A program made the position numbers and the translations under genes. A model generated the notes under the pieces. It did not search any database and was not told where the DNA came from. It was given only the letters and a program-made list of their open reading frames with translations. A DNA stretch of 63,483 bases, the filler included, from Chiloscyllium plagiosum (taxonomy: Eukaryota), in the NCBI RefSeq assembly GCF_004010195.1. It is 4 parts of one record of this genome, joined end to end, with 100 filler letters (N's around TTAATTAATTAA, not from the genome) between each part and the next. Parts side by side here need not be neighbours in the genome. Positions count along the whole stretch, not along the records: positions 43,176 to 61,886 come from NC_057712.1; positions 61,987 to 63,483 come from NC_057712.1; 2 more parts are not named here. One strand, 5' to 3'. Positions 61,423-63,483 of the stretch are shown here, piece after piece; position 1 is the stretch's first letter, and each line of letters begins with the position of its first letter.

Positions 61423-61886
61423 CCTGCACAGTTACTGCCTTTGCTGTTTTTGAATTCATGTGTCACTGGACATCGGAGTGCATCTGGGAAAATTAACAAA
61501 CAGTGAATTACACAACTAATCTTGGAGGAACCAGTTTGGGCGAAGTTCACAACACAGAATCAGGTAAGTTAATTGTTGTTTTAAGTCTGTCCAAGAGAAA
61601 GGCTGTATTAGTGAGTACAGTGGGTTCTTTCTGGATTATGTTTTTGGAGAAAAGTCTCTTGATAAAACTTAAAATATAAGCCATAGCTCTTAATTTAACC
61701 TGGTGCAGTGTTTTGTAGAGGAATAAGACGGTGTTATTTTCTGGGTCTGTAGATTGTGAAGGAGCAAAAATGGCCTTTGCAGTGATATGTACTTCTTGTC
61801 AGATGTGGGAGTTTAAAGAGAGTTTAAAGGTTACTGCAGATTATATCTGCCATAAATGCTGTTGGATGCAAATCTTATCAGATCGA
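61197..61886 (+). mobile_element. CR1 5' UTR and ORF1 zinc-finger start, cut by gap; contains (GA)n at about 61393-61418
   Basis: MAFAVICTSCQMWE..YICHKCCW from 61770; UTR colinear with 55383-55935. Confidence 0.88.
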
Positions 61887-61986
61887 NNNNNNNNNNNNNN
61901 NNNNNNNNNNNNNNNNNNNNNNNNNNNNNNTTAATTAATTAANNNNNNNNNNNNNNNNNNNNNNNNNNNNNNNNNNNNNNNNNNNN
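61887..61986. other. Artificial gap spacer N44-TTAATTAATTAA-N44
   Basis: Same construct as 20597-20696. Confidence 0.97.
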
Positions 61987-62090
61987 GAGAACGTGCAAAC
62001 TCCACACAGTCAGTCGCCTGAGGCGGGAATTGAACCCGGGTCTCTGGTGCTGTGAGGCAGCAATGCTAACCACTGTGCCACCGTGCCGCC
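61987..62090 (-). mobile_element. HE1-like SINE 5' head, cut by gap
   Basis: Minus strand GGGCGGCACGGTGGCACAGTGGTTAGC..GGTTCAATTCCCGCC. Confidence 0.92.
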
Positions 62091-62159
62091 CATCTAAACT
62101 GATCTAGCAGTTTAGATCAGAAGTTGGCTAGCTGCAAGAAGATAGAAGGTTTGATGGGA

Positions 62160-63168
62160 AATGTTAATCCTGGAGCTCAGTTACCAGTGGTGTGTGGCAA
62201 GGATCTGTTTTGGGGCCACTGTTCTTCATCATTTCTATAAACGATCTGGATGTGGGCGCAAAAGGATGGGTTGGTAAGTTTGCGGAGGACACTAAGGTAG
62301 ACAGAGTTGTGGATAGTGCCAAAAGATGTTGTGAGTTACAGAGGGACATAGATAAGGTGTAGAGCTGGGCTGAGAAGTGGCAATTGGAGTTAAATGTGGA
62401 AAAGCGTGAAGTAGTTCACTTTGGAAGAAGTAACAGGAATGCAGAGTACTGGGCTAATGGTAACATTTTTAGCAGTGTAGATGAGCAAAGAGATCTTGGT
62501 GTCCAGGTGCACAAATCCCTGAAAGTTGCCACCCAGGGTTGATAGGGTTGTTAAGAAGGCATATGGTGTGTTGGCGTTTATTGATAGAGGGATAGAGTTT
62601 CGGAGCTGCGAGGTCATGCTTCAGCTGTACAAGACACTGGTGAGGCTGAGTCTGGAGTATTGCACACCGTTCTGGTCACCACACTATAGGAAGGATCTGG
62701 AAGCTTTGGAAAGGGTTCAGAGGAGACTTACTAGGATGTTGCCTCGGTATTGAGTGAAGGTCCTATGAGGGAATTGAGGCTGTTTTTGTTGGAGAGAAGA
62801 AAGTTGAAAGGTGACTTAATCGAGACGTATAAGATAATCGGAGGGTTAGATGGAGTGGAAAGTGAGAGCCTTTTTCCTCGGATGGTGAAAGCTAACATGA
62901 GGGGACATAGCTTTAAATTGAAGAGTGATAGATTTAGGACAGATATTAGGGGCAGTTTCTTTACTCCGAGAGTAGTAGGGTTGAGGAACAGCCTGCCTGC
63001 AACAGTAGTAGACTCAGTAACATTAAGGGCATTTAAATGGGCATTGGACATACTTATGGATAATAATGAAATGGTGTAGGTTCGATGGGTATTAGATTAA
63101 TTTCTCAGGTCGGCACAACATCAAGGGTCAAAAGGCCTGTACTGCGCTGTAACGTTCTATGTTCTATG
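62160..63168 (+). mobile_element. 5'-truncated CR1 (RT core to tail)
   Basis: GVWQGSVLGPLFFIISINDL, FAEDTK, KGDLIETYKI, GTTCTAT tail. Confidence 0.92.
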
Positions 63169-63320
63169 TTAAGACTGGGTAGGAGGAGGTGTAGTCTTGG
63201 TAGTTGTGGGAGTCTGTGGGTTTGTAGTAAACGTCCACCTGGAGACTGTCACCGGAGATGGAAATGGAGAGGTCAAGAAAGGGGAGAGAGGTGCCTGAGA
63301 TGGACCAAGTGAATTTGAGG
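63169..63320 (-). pseudogene. PLE reverse transcriptase C-terminal/thumb fragment
   Basis: LKFTWSISGTSLPFLDLSI..DVYYKPTDSHNY.DYTSSYP (PLE FLD, YxKPT and SxHP-like motifs). Confidence 0.85.
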
Positions 63321-63483
63321 TAAAAACAATGACTGCAGATGCTGGAAACCAGATTCTGGATCAGTGGTGCTGGAAGAGCACAGCAGTTCAGGCAGCATCC
63401 GACGAGCAGCAAAATCGACGTTTCGGGCAAAAGCCCTTCATCAGGAATAAAGGCAGAGAGCCTGAAGCGTGGAGAGATAAGCT
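63318..63483 (-). mobile_element. Young PLE family A pLTR with tail, cut by window end
   Basis: CpGs intact; close to the reverse complement of 45-175. Confidence 0.9.
63413..63448 (-). ncRNA. Best-preserved minimal type-I hammerhead ribozyme motif
   Basis: Minus strand ATTC-CTGATGA-A-GGGC-TTTT-GCCC-GAAACGTC-GATT; perfect stem II; predicted cleavage after GUC (63417). Confidence 0.68.

Overview
Eukaryotic, repeat-dense, apparently non-coding DNA. The repeat complement (HE1-type tRNA-derived SINEs, esterase-ORF1 CR1 LINEs, two Penelope-like clades) points to an elasmobranch (shark); that is an inference, not a database result. I found no convincing host exon, rRNA, true tRNA or CRISPR, and every recognisable ORF is a broken retroelement piece. 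Contents: about 25 CR1 fragments, including a 5' half with near-intact zinc-finger/SGNH-esterase ORF1 plus APE (1250-3584) and a rearranged near-full-length copy (55383-60664); L2 and other old LINE remnants; 7 HE1-like SINEs; a Tigger-like MITE; a Harbinger Myb remnant; and about 13 Penelope-like element (PLE) remnants. The most interesting signal is that the PLE termini carry minimal type-I hammerhead-ribozyme cores (CTGAnGA-stem II-GAAA plus a palindromic ACGT or AGCT) in three different sequence families. Several PLE copies are fold-back insertions with 11-15 bp TSDs whose second arm lacks the last ~30-38 nt tail. A second candidate is a hairpin + CTCCCACCC..TCCTCCTCTAACC motif shared by two otherwise dissimilar CR1-type 5' UTRs. 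Three 100-bp N44-TTAATTAATTAA-N44 spacers are artificial, so contiguity across them is unproven. Boundaries of degraded repeats are approximate (read by eye).
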